IMG/VR virus record: IMGVR_UViG_3300034954_001721
DNA from: a virus
Reading direction: 5' to 3' (one strand)
DNA: 64,000 bases
In this document: in pieces, positions 54,399-64,000 of the stretch
Layout of the letters: each line of letters starts with the position of its first letter
Numbering within the stretch: position 1 is the first letter of the stretch
Translations under genes and position numbers: made by a program
Notes under the pieces: generated by a model
What the model was told of the DNA's origin: nothing
The model's input: only the letters and a program-made list of their open reading frames with translations
The model's database searches: none

Positions 54399-57300
54399 AT
54401 GCCACTCAATAAGTTAGAGAATTTTATCAAGAATACAGAAGGTCGTATTCTTTATGTAAATCCGAATGACCTTGATGCTACTGATGGTATCGAGAATGCG
54501 GGTAACTCCTTAACAAAACCCTTTAAAACTATTCAAAGGGCACTAATTGAATCCGCAAGATTTTCATATTTAAGGGGCGATAATAATGATATAACTGAAA
54601 AAACCACAATTCTTTTATATCCTGGGGAACACCTAATTGATAATAGACCTGGATATGCAATTAAAAGTGTTGGTGGCACCCCTACAACTGTATCTCCCAG
54701 TGGAGCAGAATCTTTTGCTGGTAGTGAATTAACACTAACACTAGATTCTAATTTTGATTTAACACAAGAAAATAATATTCTTCACAAGTTTAATAGTATT
54801 AATGGTGGTATTATTATACCTCGTGGTACCTCTATTGTTGGTCTTGACTTAAGAAAGACTAAGATTAGACCAAAGTATGTTCCAAACCCAACGGATGAAA
54901 CTGTAAAATCCAGTGCTATTTTTAGAATTACTGGTGCCTGCTATTTCTGGCAATTCTCTATCTTTGATGGAGATGAGAGCGGAACTGTATATACCGATCC
55001 TGTTGATTTTTCTTCTAATAATCGTTCAAAACCAACATTCTCTCACCATAAACTCACTTGCTTTGAGTATGCTGATGGTGTCAATCTTCCAACTGGTTAT
55101 GATCTGACAGATCTTGATATGTATTACGCTAAGTTGAGTAATGCATATAACAAAGCAGCTGGCAATAAAGATATTGATCAAAAATATCCAACACAACCAA
55201 ATTCGTTTGCAAAACAAAGACCTGAATGGGAAATTGTTGGCGCATTTGCTGCTGACCCAATTACTATTTCGTCTATCATTTCTGGAGATGGTGCAACTCC
55301 TGGTAGTGTGGTTACTGTTACTACATCAATTCCGCATGGATTCAGTGCTGGAACACCCGTCAAAATTCGTGGAATCAATGTAAGTGATTATAATATTTCC
55401 ACGAAAGTTACGAAAATTATAAGTGATAAAGTATTCACATATTCATTATCTAATGTAAGAGCGAACTTACCTGCTGGTCCTGGTGCTGGTCTTGCACCAG
55501 GTGCAAATGCAACTGCCACTATTGAAACTGATACCGTAACTGGTGCATCACCATATATCTTTAATATCTCCTTACGTTCTGTTTTTGGTATGCAGGGTAT
55601 GCACGCCGATGGAAGCAAGGCAGATGGTTTCCGTTCAATGGTTGTTGCACAGTTTACTGCTGTATCTCTCCAAAAAGATGATCGGGCATTCGTTAAATAT
55701 AATCCATCAAATCGGACTTTTGATAGTATCGGTATCACCAAAGTAACCGGTTCTAAACTTTCTTCAGAATCATCAGCAACTAACGATAAATTTGTTTATC
55801 ACTTAGATTCTGATGCTGTTTATAGAGAAGGTTGGAAGACAACTCATATCAAGATGACCAACGATGCCGTTGTTCAGATTGTTTCAGTCTTTGCTATTGG
55901 ATTCCACAAACACTTCGAAGCAGCAAGTGGTGGTGATGCATCCATTACCAACTCTAACTCCAACTTTGGTCAATTCTCATTGGCAGCAGACGGATTCAAG
56001 CCAGATGCATTTGATAAGGATGATAAGGGTTATGTAACTTCCATTGTTGCACCTAAAGCAATTACTGGTGGAGAAATTAATGTTGAATGGGTTCAGTTTG
56101 ATGTTGATAAAATTAAGAGTACAGCAAATGAACATCTATATCTCTTAGGATATACTAACGAAGATATTCCACCCCCAGTAATTTCTCAAGGTTACAGAAT
56201 TGGTGCAAGAGAAGGTGAAAGAATTTATCTAGATGCTGATGGCAATAGTGCCAGAGTTTTGATGACTAATGGTCCTATTACTGCATCTAATACTCAAGTT
56301 GATGGAACTGATTCTTCAGTCAAGCGTTATGATAATGTAACTCTCCAAAATAATACAGAGGGGACAGTTTACACTGTTGGTGCTCACAATTTACAGAATG
56401 GTGAATCAGTTAGAATCATTAGTGAAACTGGTGACTTACCAGAGGGTCTTGAAGAAAATGTGGTCTATTTTGCGGTCACAAACGCTAAAAATACAAATCT
56501 TGCCTCAACACAAATTCAACTTGCATCTTCAAGAACTAATGCAGAAGCATTAGATGAAGTTACTCTTGTAAATTATGGTGGAGAACAACTTAGAGTTGAA
56601 AGTAGGGTATCTGATAAGAAAGCAGGTGAACTTGGTCATCCACTCCAATTTGATCCTAATGTGGGACAATGGTGTATTCATACTGATGCGGACAGTGCTT
56701 TAGAAGCATATATTAAAACACTACAAGTTCCTGATACAGAAATTTCTTATTTTAAGAGAATAGAGGATGAGAGAAGTCTGGATGAGAAACTTTACAAGAT
56801 TCGTTATGTTGTTCCAAAGAATCTTATTAACGGAAGAGATCCTATTCCAGGATTTGTTCTTCAAGACTCTAGTTCTACAAATGTAAGACAAGACTCCGAC
56901 TTTAATGCTATTAGCATTGATACTAATGACTATGATTTCAATCGTAATGTTAGATTCATTAGTTCTTGTACTTTTGACTCTGGTACATCTACAATAGAAA
57001 TCAGATCAGAGAAACCACATGGATTGAAAGTCAACGATAAGATTTTCGTTGAGAACGTAACCAGTACAACTAATACACCTGGTACAAAGAATATTGGTTA
57101 TAATGGCACATTTACTGTTGAGACAGTAACTAACGATAAAGTATTTTCATTTGATAGCACTGATGTTTTTGGAACTTCTCATAATCCAGGAACAATTACA
57201 AATGATACTGATACTGCATCAAATCAACTTCCCAGATTTACAAGAAAAGATGTTAAGAAAAACTATTACATCTATCGTGTAGAGACAATCAAGAGTTATG

Positions 57301-60248
57301 TAAAAAATGTAGATGATGGCATTTATTATCTGTATGCGTTGAATGCTGATGCATCATTGCCACAAGAATTTGTTAATGATAAGTACAGTCAGAATGTAAC
57401 AAACCTCTATCCACAGTTAGATAGAGATAACTTTGAGGATAATCCACCAGCAGCAAAAACCTTTGCTAAGAGATTTCCTCTTGGTGATGTTGTAACTAAT
57501 GACCTGAAGAGAAGTCTCACTAGAGAGAATACTGATATGTTCTTAGACACCTTTGGTGTCGGATTTAAAATTGGCAGTATAAGTGGAACAACACCCGCAG
57601 AGACTTTAACATTTGATAGACAACATGATTTAAATAAACTTGTAAAATATAATAATCTTTCTGGTGGTAGTGGTCACGTTGATGGCACTTACAGAAATGT
57701 AAGATTGTTCAATGACAATTCTGCACCTGCCTCTGCTGTTTGGGATGGTGCAACTGCTGATGTTACTGTTAGTAGTGGTGCAGTCACTGCTGCCTCTATT
57801 GTAGAAGGTGGTTCTGGATATACTAGTGGTGAAACATTATATTTTGATAGTAGTCATATTGGTGGTTCACCCAACGCAAACGTAACTACCAACATTGCTG
57901 GTATTTCAACAGCGGAGCATAACTACGTTCAAGTCACTGGTATTGGTACCACTGCTGGTGGATATTTCCGTATTAATTCTACTATCAATAGCAAAACAGC
58001 AGTCTCTATTGCTAAGACTGCTGGTGACCCAATATCTGCTAAGGGTCAGATTGTACTGAATCTTGGTATTGCAATGAAAGTAACTCAGGTGAGTTACACT
58101 GCGGCAACAGGTATTACTAGATTTACTACCGCCGCAGGTGGTGCTGAAGTAAGGCATGGACTCTTAAAAGGAAATAGCTTTAGAATCCTTGATAATCAAA
58201 ATAATAATCTTGGTGATTTTACAGTTTCTGCCAAAATTAATCGCCAAGTATTTGAGGCAAAAACTGATAAGGAACTTTCCACAACTGATTTCTTCTATAT
58301 TCTAAAGCATGGCATGTCTGCCAACGATGCATCAGCAGATGCATCTGGTGAAAACTTTGGTGCTAGAAACCTTGTATTCTATGATAATGAGCAGATTCAA
58401 ATTACAAGTGATATTACAACAGAAGAACAATTCCAAATTTATCGTCCATCTCCAGCACCATATCCATTAGAAGATGTTCCTGTGAGATTCCCACTTGGAT
58501 GTTATATTCAAGTAGATAATGAAATCATGAGAATTAGGAGCAATGCTCTTTCTGGAACAGGTACTGATGAAATTCAAGTCATTCGTGGTGCAATGGGTAC
58601 GCTCATTGAATCACATGCTGAAAATTCAGTAGTTAAGAAGATTAAATTGCTTCCTATTGAATTCCATAGACCATCTATTCTTCGTGCTTCTGGTCATACG
58701 TTTGAATATCTTGGTTATGGACCTGGTAACTACTCAACGGGTCTGCCACAGGTTCAAGTCAAGACCTTGACTGAAGATGAAGAGTTCTTATCACAATCTC
58801 AAGAAACATCTTGTGGTACTGTTCTCTACACTGGTATGGACAGTGACGGTGACTTCTATATTGGAAACACCAAGTATTCTTCACAGTCTGGTGAACAGAC
58901 TGTATTTGATGTTCCGGTTCCAACAATTACTGGTGAAGATCCAAACAGACTCAGTGTTGTCTTTGATGAAGTAATTGTTAAGGAAAGAATTCTGGTTGAA
59001 GGTGGTTCATCACAGCAAATCTTATCGCAGTTTGATGGTCCTGTAACCTTTAATGCTGATACTAGATTTAATGCTCAACTGGTTATTAATGATAAGTTGA
59101 GAGTCACTGACACTGTTGACTTCAGAAGCTCTAATAATGCAACATCCTGTGATGATTCTAATGCTGCTCTGAGAGTGAAGGGTGGTGTTGGTATTGGTTC
59201 AGATTTATATGTTTGTGGAAATACTGATATTGATGGAACACTAAATGTTCAAGAAGCTGCAACATTCCAGACAGGTATTGTTCCTGATACTGATGAAGGT
59301 GCATATCTTGGTACTAGTGCTTTACCATGGAGTGAAGCACATATTGATGAGATTATAATTGGTTCAACTAATAACACAGTAACCACAGCAACTGGTAAGC
59401 TAGTTCTTGATTCTAATGGAGGAACAGTTGATATTAACGATCAACTAACAGTTTCTGGTATTACTACATTTGAAAGTAATCAAGATAACACAATTGGTGA
59501 TGTAAACACTGGTGCCGTTCAATTAGACGGCGGTATGGGTATTGCTGGAAATCTGTCAGTTGGTGGTAATCTTGATGTTGATGGTGATACAACACTTGAT
59601 AAATTAACTGTTTCTTTAGATATCAATGCTAATGGAAATATTGTAGGTGATGATGCAACTGATATTTCTGGTATAAATTCAGTAACTGCATCAAATTTTT
59701 ACGGTCCTTTAACTGGAGATGTAACCGGTGACTTAACTGGTACTGCTTCTCAAATTAAGATAACTGACACTACCAATGCTGGCACATATTATCTAACTTT
59801 CGCTAGCAATCATGACACTGGTAATTATGATTTAAGAGCGAATGATCGCTATTATGTAACTCCAGGTAGTAACGCAGCAGGATCAGAACTTAGAGTTAGA
59901 GGAGATATTATTGCATTTGCTGCTGCTGCTTCTGACGATAAACTAAAGACTAACAAGATTAATATTACTGGTGCTCTTGATAAAGTAAATTCACTTACTG
60001 GATTTACTTTTGAATGGAATGAAGTTGGTAATAAAATTCTTGATTTGGGCGATAATCCTGGAAGACAACTTGGTGTTTCTGCACAAGAAGTACAAAAAGT
60101 TCTTCCAGAGGCAGTTAAACCTATCGTCACCGATAGGGAAGAAGAATTCCTTTCGGTCAAGTATGAAAAACTTGTCCCACTTCTGATTGAAGCAGTTAAG
60201 GAACTCTCCGATAAAATTTCTGCTCTTGAAGATAGACTAAATAACTAG
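54399..60248 (+). CDS. Very large virion structural/tail protein with C-terminal peptidase S74 intramolecular chaperone
   Basis: MPLNKLENF...PFKTIQRAL; C-terminal SDDKLKTN...G..AQEVQKVLPEAV...V.YEKLVPLLIEAVKEL. Confidence 0.8.
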   Translation: MPLNKLENFIKNTEGRILYVNPNDLDATDGIENAGNSLTKPFKTIQRALIESARFSYLRGDNNDITEKTTILLYPGEHLIDNRPGYAIKSVGGTPTTVSPSGAESFAGSELTLTLDSNFDLTQENNILHKFNSINGGIIIPRGTSIVGLDLRKTKIRPKYVPNPTDETVKSSAIFRITGACYFWQFSIFDGDESGTVYTDPVDFSSNNRSKPTFSHHKLTCFEYADGVNLPTGYDLTDLDMYYAKLSNAYNKAAGNKDIDQKYPTQPNSFAKQRPEWEIVGAFAADPITISSIISGDGATPGSVVTVTTSIPHGFSAGTPVKIRGINVSDYNISTKVTKIISDKVFTYSLSNVRANLPAGPGAGLAPGANATATIETDTVTGASPYIFNISLRSVFGMQGMHADGSKADGFRSMVVAQFTAVSLQKDDRAFVKYNPSNRTFDSIGITKVTGSKLSSESSATNDKFVYHLDSDAVYREGWKTTHIKMTNDAVVQIVSVFAIGFHKHFEAASGGDASITNSNSNFGQFSLAADGFKPDAFDKDDKGYVTSIVAPKAITGGEINVEWVQFDVDKIKSTANEHLYLLGYTNEDIPPPVISQGYRIGAREGERIYLDADGNSARVLMTNGPITASNTQVDGTDSSVKRYDNVTLQNNTEGTVYTVGAHNLQNGESVRIISETGDLPEGLEENVVYFAVTNAKNTNLASTQIQLASSRTNAEALDEVTLVNYGGEQLRVESRVSDKKAGELGHPLQFDPNVGQWCIHTDADSALEAYIKTLQVPDTEISYFKRIEDERSLDEKLYKIRYVVPKNLINGRDPIPGFVLQDSSSTNVRQDSDFNAISIDTNDYDFNRNVRFISSCTFDSGTSTIEIRSEKPHGLKVNDKIFVENVTSTTNTPGTKNIGYNGTFTVETVTNDKVFSFDSTDVFGTSHNPGTITNDTDTASNQLPRFTRKDVKKNYYIYRVETIKSYVKNVDDGIYYLYALNADASLPQEFVNDKYSQNVTNLYPQLDRDNFEDNPPAAKTFAKRFPLGDVVTNDLKRSLTRENTDMFLDTFGVGFKIGSISGTTPAETLTFDRQHDLNKLVKYNNLSGGSGHVDGTYRNVRLFNDNSAPASAVWDGATADVTVSSGAVTAASIVEGGSGYTSGETLYFDSSHIGGSPNANVTTNIAGISTAEHNYVQVTGIGTTAGGYFRINSTINSKTAVSIAKTAGDPISAKGQIVLNLGIAMKVTQVSYTAATGITRFTTAAGGAEVRHGLLKGNSFRILDNQNNNLGDFTVSAKINRQVFEAKTDKELSTTDFFYILKHGMSANDASADASGENFGARNLVFYDNEQIQITSDITTEEQFQIYRPSPAPYPLEDVPVRFPLGCYIQVDNEIMRIRSNALSGTGTDEIQVIRGAMGTLIESHAENSVVKKIKLLPIEFHRPSILRASGHTFEYLGYGPGNYSTGLPQVQVKTLTEDEEFLSQSQETSCGTVLYTGMDSDGDFYIGNTKYSSQSGEQTVFDVPVPTITGEDPNRLSVVFDEVIVKERILVEGGSSQQILSQFDGPVTFNADTRFNAQLVINDKLRVTDTVDFRSSNNATSCDDSNAALRVKGGVGIGSDLYVCGNTDIDGTLNVQEAATFQTGIVPDTDEGAYLGTSALPWSEAHIDEIIIGSTNNTVTTATGKLVLDSNGGTVDINDQLTVSGITTFESNQDNTIGDVNTGAVQLDGGMGIAGNLSVGGNLDVDGDTTLDKLTVSLDINANGNIVGDDATDISGINSVTASNFYGPLTGDVTGDLTGTASQIKITDTTNAGTYYLTFASNHDTGNYDLRANDRYYVTPGSNAAGSELRVRGDIIAFAAAASDDKLKTNKINITGALDKVNSLTGFTFEWNEVGNKILDLGDNPGRQLGVSAQEVQKVLPEAVKPIVTDREEEFLSVKYEKLVPLLIEAVKELSDKISALEDRLNN

Positions 60249-60265
60249 AAAAGCATCCCTAAGAG

Positions 60266-62341
60266 ATGGCGAATATCAGAAAGCAGTTTAATTTTCGTAA
60301 TGGTGTTCAAGTTGATGATGATAATCTAAATGTAACTCCTACAGGTTTGGTCGGAATCGGTACAACGCTTCCGACAGAATCCTTACATGTAAATGGCAAT
60401 GCCAAAATTGTTGGTTTTGCATCTTGCGGCACTATCTTCGTAGAAAGTTTAGAAGCAACTTCTGCTACCATTGAAACTATCAACTTAAATACCACCATAG
60501 GTTCTGTTGTTGGTGGTGGTGTCAGTATTGTTTCTGGTATTATCACAGGTGCTGATTCTGGTATTGTAACATACTTTGGTGATGGTGGAAACTTACTGAA
60601 TCTTCCAACATCTCAATGGATAGATGTTGATTCTGGTGTTGGATATACTTCAATCTATGCTGCGGGTAATGTAGGAGTTGGAACTATAGTTCCTGCATTT
60701 ACCTTCCAAGTTGCTGGAAATCAAGATATTTCCGTTGAAGGATTTGCTGGTGGTGTGGGTATAAGTTCTGATGGTGATGTTCTGATTACTGGTGTTACCA
60801 CATCAGGCAAATTTGCTGGTATCGGTTCAGACTTAACTTTATTAAACGCAAATAATATTTCTTCTGGAACAATATCTGCTTCCAGACTTCCAGTTATTTC
60901 ATCCAGCGCATTAGATTCTAATCAAAGTCTTGGTATAGTAACTGTAACTAAACTTGATGCTGATAATGTCGTAGCAGATTCTGCACTAGTTTCTTTAGCA
61001 TCTACATTCAGCAGTGGATTAACTGTAACTGGAGATCTTGTTGCTACTGCCACCACAGCAAAAGGATTGGTTGATAGTCCTGGCATTGCAGTAACATCAA
61101 TTAGTGCAACAGAAATTACCACAGATACTATTATAGCAGATTCTGTACTTGTTTCTTTAGCATCTACATTCAGCAATGGATTAACTGTAACTGGAAGTCT
61201 TGTTGCTACTGCTACTACAGCACAAAGTCTTACTACTGATTCTGATGTAGATATTGACGATCTTACAGTTGGTGTTGCAACTGTATCCACAAGACTTGTT
61301 GCTAATACTGATGTTGGAATTGGAACTACAGCACCACCGGATAAACTTTCAGTTTATGGTGGAAATGTAAAAGTTTATAATGAATCTAACACATCTACTA
61401 TCTCTATTGGAAGTTCTGTAGACAATACTGGACATAATGGGCAACTTAGATATGGAAATAATATTGGATTATTTGATTATAGCACAGAAGCATCATTTGA
61501 CTTAATAAATCATGGTTATGGCAATTTTAATTATTACTTAGATGCTCAAGAATCTGCTCCAATAGGGATTAAAACTGGAGATTTCCACTGGTTCCATAAA
61601 ACATCTACTGAATTGATGACGCTTACCTATGATGGTAAATTAGGTATTGGTAATACTCAACCAGAAGTAAGACTTCACGTTACTGGATCTTCTAAGTTTA
61701 CAAATGACGCAACATTTGAGCAGAATTTAAATGTTGATGGAACTCTCTCTGCTTCGACATTTTCAATAGAATCTATTAATGTTACTAACATTGAGGCAAC
61801 GGGCATTATTACTGCAAAAAAATTTAATGGAATTTTTGAAGCAAATAGTAATAATTCTATAGATGGCGTTGATTCAGAGTTCATACATGTACAAGAAATA
61901 TTAGCAGTAGGATCTGCTTCTACATCAAATCCAATAAGTTCTGGTAAACTTATTATTGGTGATTCTGATGATAGAGTATTCGTTACTAACGGTGGTCAGA
62001 TTGGTATCGGAACTACCAGTCTGAGGACAAATCCTGATAATTCAGATACTGATGAACAGTTCACAATTGTTGCACTAGATCGAACTGCTGGACTGGGTGC
62101 GGTTGGTGTTGGAACAACAGCACTACAATCTCTTGTTGACTTCTCCTCAGTTGGTGTTGGTAGAACTGAAATTTTTACAGTAGAGCAATCAGATGTTGCA
62201 AAGATGAGATTTATGCTTCCACCAAAAATTAGTACTGATGAAAGAGCGGGATTAACCACTGTTTCGGGTGCAACAATATATAATACAACGACAAATAAAC
62301 TGCAAGTTTATACAGGAACTGCCTGGGAGAATTTACACTGA
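60266..62341 (+). CDS. Virion structural / fibre protein
   Basis: MANIRKQFNFRNGVQVD, VGIGTT repeats, ends GATIYNTTTNKLQVYTGTAW. Confidence 0.7.
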   Translation: MANIRKQFNFRNGVQVDDDNLNVTPTGLVGIGTTLPTESLHVNGNAKIVGFASCGTIFVESLEATSATIETINLNTTIGSVVGGGVSIVSGIITGADSGIVTYFGDGGNLLNLPTSQWIDVDSGVGYTSIYAAGNVGVGTIVPAFTFQVAGNQDISVEGFAGGVGISSDGDVLITGVTTSGKFAGIGSDLTLLNANNISSGTISASRLPVISSSALDSNQSLGIVTVTKLDADNVVADSALVSLASTFSSGLTVTGDLVATATTAKGLVDSPGIAVTSISATEITTDTIIADSVLVSLASTFSNGLTVTGSLVATATTAQSLTTDSDVDIDDLTVGVATVSTRLVANTDVGIGTTAPPDKLSVYGGNVKVYNESNTSTISIGSSVDNTGHNGQLRYGNNIGLFDYSTEASFDLINHGYGNFNYYLDAQESAPIGIKTGDFHWFHKTSTELMTLTYDGKLGIGNTQPEVRLHVTGSSKFTNDATFEQNLNVDGTLSASTFSIESINVTNIEATGIITAKKFNGIFEANSNNSIDGVDSEFIHVQEILAVGSASTSNPISSGKLIIGDSDDRVFVTNGGQIGIGTTSLRTNPDNSDTDEQFTIVALDRTAGLGAVGVGTTALQSLVDFSSVGVGRTEIFTVEQSDVAKMRFMLPPKISTDERAGLTTVSGATIYNTTTNKLQVYTGTAWENLH

Positions 62342-63402
62342 TGGCAATAAAAAATAGTAATCAAGGTTCTATTTCTTTTTCCGAAATAAAAAATGAGTTT
62401 GGTGATTCAAACGGCAGTACTGCTGGAGTTTCATTAGGCAATTATAGAGTCAGTGAATCTTATGGTGAAATGTCAAATATGCCATTAGATGAAGGTATGC
62501 CTCAATCTGGTGCTATTGGAATGTCAGACTTTTATGGCAAAAAACTGAATATTGTCGTAAATTATTATAGTGGTGGTACAGAGCATTTACCAGAGAATGG
62601 AAAACAAAGATATCAAAAACAAGGACATCCTCAGTCAGAGTGTGTAGGTGAATTCAAAGCTCCACCTCAACAAACTACTGGAAGTAAAGTATGGATTCAT
62701 GTTAATAAAACTATAGGAAGTTCAGGTGCACAACAATCACAGGATGTTTGTGCATTTAAAACTGGTAACTGGCAAGGTAATACTGATTTAAGAGTTCATG
62801 TTGGGAATGAAGGATATATTAGAGGTAAAGGTGGAACTGGTGGAAGTGGCGGTGATGGTGGAAGTGAAACTGGACAAACGGGATCTCCGGGATCATCCGC
62901 GATTGGTATTCAATACTCCAACGGAACAACTATTTTAACTAGTGGTAATGGCGCAATCGCTGCTGGTGGTGGCGGTGGTGGTGGCGGTGGTGGTGCCGCA
63001 CGACAAGAAGATAGAGGTAATGACCGCAAAGCGGGTGGAGGAGGTGGAGGAGGTGGTTTCGGACTACCTGTTGGTGATGGTGGAGAAGGTGGCACTGGTG
63101 ATGGAAGATACGCTAGTGGCGGTGGGGGTCAGCAGGGAACGGTCACATCGCAGGGACAAGGAGCTGCTGGTGGTGGCGGTGGTGTTAATGATGGTGAGGC
63201 ATACGCTGGTCATGGTGGAAGAGGCGGAGTAGCAGGCGCTGTTGGACAAACTGGCGGTGATGGTTCTGGTAATAAGCAAGAAGGTGAAGGTGGAGGTGGA
63301 GGTGCTGGTGGAAATTGGATAAGAACGGGTGGTAACAGTGTTCAAAGTCAAGGTTGGCAGGGACAATCACAAGGACAATATAGTTCTGGAACCGTAGCAT
63401 AA
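62341..63402 (+). CDS. Glycine-rich fibre-tip-like protein
   Basis: ISFSEIKNEFG...VSLGNY N-terminus; polyglycine C-terminal half. Confidence 0.6.
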   Translation: MAIKNSNQGSISFSEIKNEFGDSNGSTAGVSLGNYRVSESYGEMSNMPLDEGMPQSGAIGMSDFYGKKLNIVVNYYSGGTEHLPENGKQRYQKQGHPQSECVGEFKAPPQQTTGSKVWIHVNKTIGSSGAQQSQDVCAFKTGNWQGNTDLRVHVGNEGYIRGKGGTGGSGGDGGSETGQTGSPGSSAIGIQYSNGTTILTSGNGAIAAGGGGGGGGGGAARQEDRGNDRKAGGGGGGGGFGLPVGDGGEGGTGDGRYASGGGGQQGTVTSQGQGAAGGGGGVNDGEAYAGHGGRGGVAGAVGQTGGDGSGNKQEGEGGGGGAGGNWIRTGGNSVQSQGWQGQSQGQYSSGTVA

Positions 63403-63426
63403 ATAATAAAAAATTGAATTTTTATT

Positions 63427-64000
63427 ATGCAACCCGATTTTATTCAAAGGTATACTGACGTATACTCCATGGGGGAGTGTAAGAGAATAATAGATGAAAT
63501 AGAATTTTTGCATAATATTGGACAACTTTCTAAAACTACAGACGAAGGTAGTCCACGTCACATTCAAGATCATCTGGTTTTTAACTTTGCAAATAATCTA
63601 GATTATTCTTTAGAAAATGGTTGTACTGTAACAAGTTTATTATTGAACAAACTTGGTACATGTCTTCAACACTATCTGAAAATGTATAGTGTTTTAGATA
63701 GATCAAAATTCCTAGCATATGACTGCAAAGTCAAAAAAATATATCCAGGAACAGGATTTCATAATTGGCACTATGAAAGTGGAGAATATTTTACTACTGG
63801 TAGAAAATTAGTAATGCAAGTTTATCTAAATGATGAATTTGAGGGAGGAGAAACAGAGTTTTTATATTATAACAAAAGAGAAAGAGCAGAAACAGGTAGT
63901 GTTTTAATATTCCCATGCGAATTTACACACACTCATAGAGGAAATCCCCCTATTGGTGGCACCAAATATCTTGCCACAACATGGGCATGGTTACAAAACG
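63427..64000 (+). CDS. 2OG-Fe(II) oxygenase, runs off the window end
   Basis: Read by hand from ATG 63427: GFHNWHYE, VYLNDEFEGGETEF, IFP..FTHTHRGNPP...KY..T.W; TAAATA at about 63400. Confidence 0.85.
   Translation, partial: MQPDFIQRYTDVYSMGECKRIIDEIEFLHNIGQLSKTTDEGSPRHIQDHLVFNFANNLDYSLENGCTVTSLLLNKLGTCLQHYLKMYSVLDRSKFLAYDCKVKKIYPGTGFHNWHYESGEYFTTGRKLVMQVYLNDEFEGGETEFLYYNKRERAETGSVLIFPCEFTHTHRGNPPIGGTKYLATTWAWLQN

Noticed and set aside
62910-63400. Pro- or His-rich minus-strand ORFs
   Set aside because: Antisense reading of polyglycine codons of 62341..63402.

Overview
64 kb segment of an AT-rich T4-like marine cyanomyovirus genome (Synechococcus/Prochlorococcus-type phage), almost all on the + strand. 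Left to right: (1) the 3' part of a giant Gly/Cys-rich repeat fibre gene and accessory virion genes, then a late-promoter cluster of sulfotransferase, GT9-like glycosyltransferase and carbamoyltransferase; (2) glutaredoxin and small conserved ORFs; (3) a small transcription unit missed by the ORF track (14177-14817) with an NtcA-like box, a sigma70 promoter, two tandem glutamine-II-like riboswitch aptamers (the second with a 55-codon ORF inside its loop), a DUF4278-like YRG peptide, a membrane peptide and a terminator; (4) thyX, phoH, exonuclease, gp33, gp59, gp32, an inserted HNH-like gene and a Mom-like gene; (5) the baseplate/head-completion block (gp53, 48, 2, 4, 54, 26, 51, hub proteins, gp5); (6) mosaic tail fibres with adhesin/chaperone cassettes; (7) three tRNAs (Ile-UAU, Met-CAU, Leu-UAA); (8) more large virion proteins and a truncated 2OG-Fe(II) oxygenase. 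The best candidates for undescribed systems are the nitrogen-sensing riboswitch operon and the Cys-rich fibre with its adjacent modification enzymes. All calls are by motif recognition and synteny; no searches were run.
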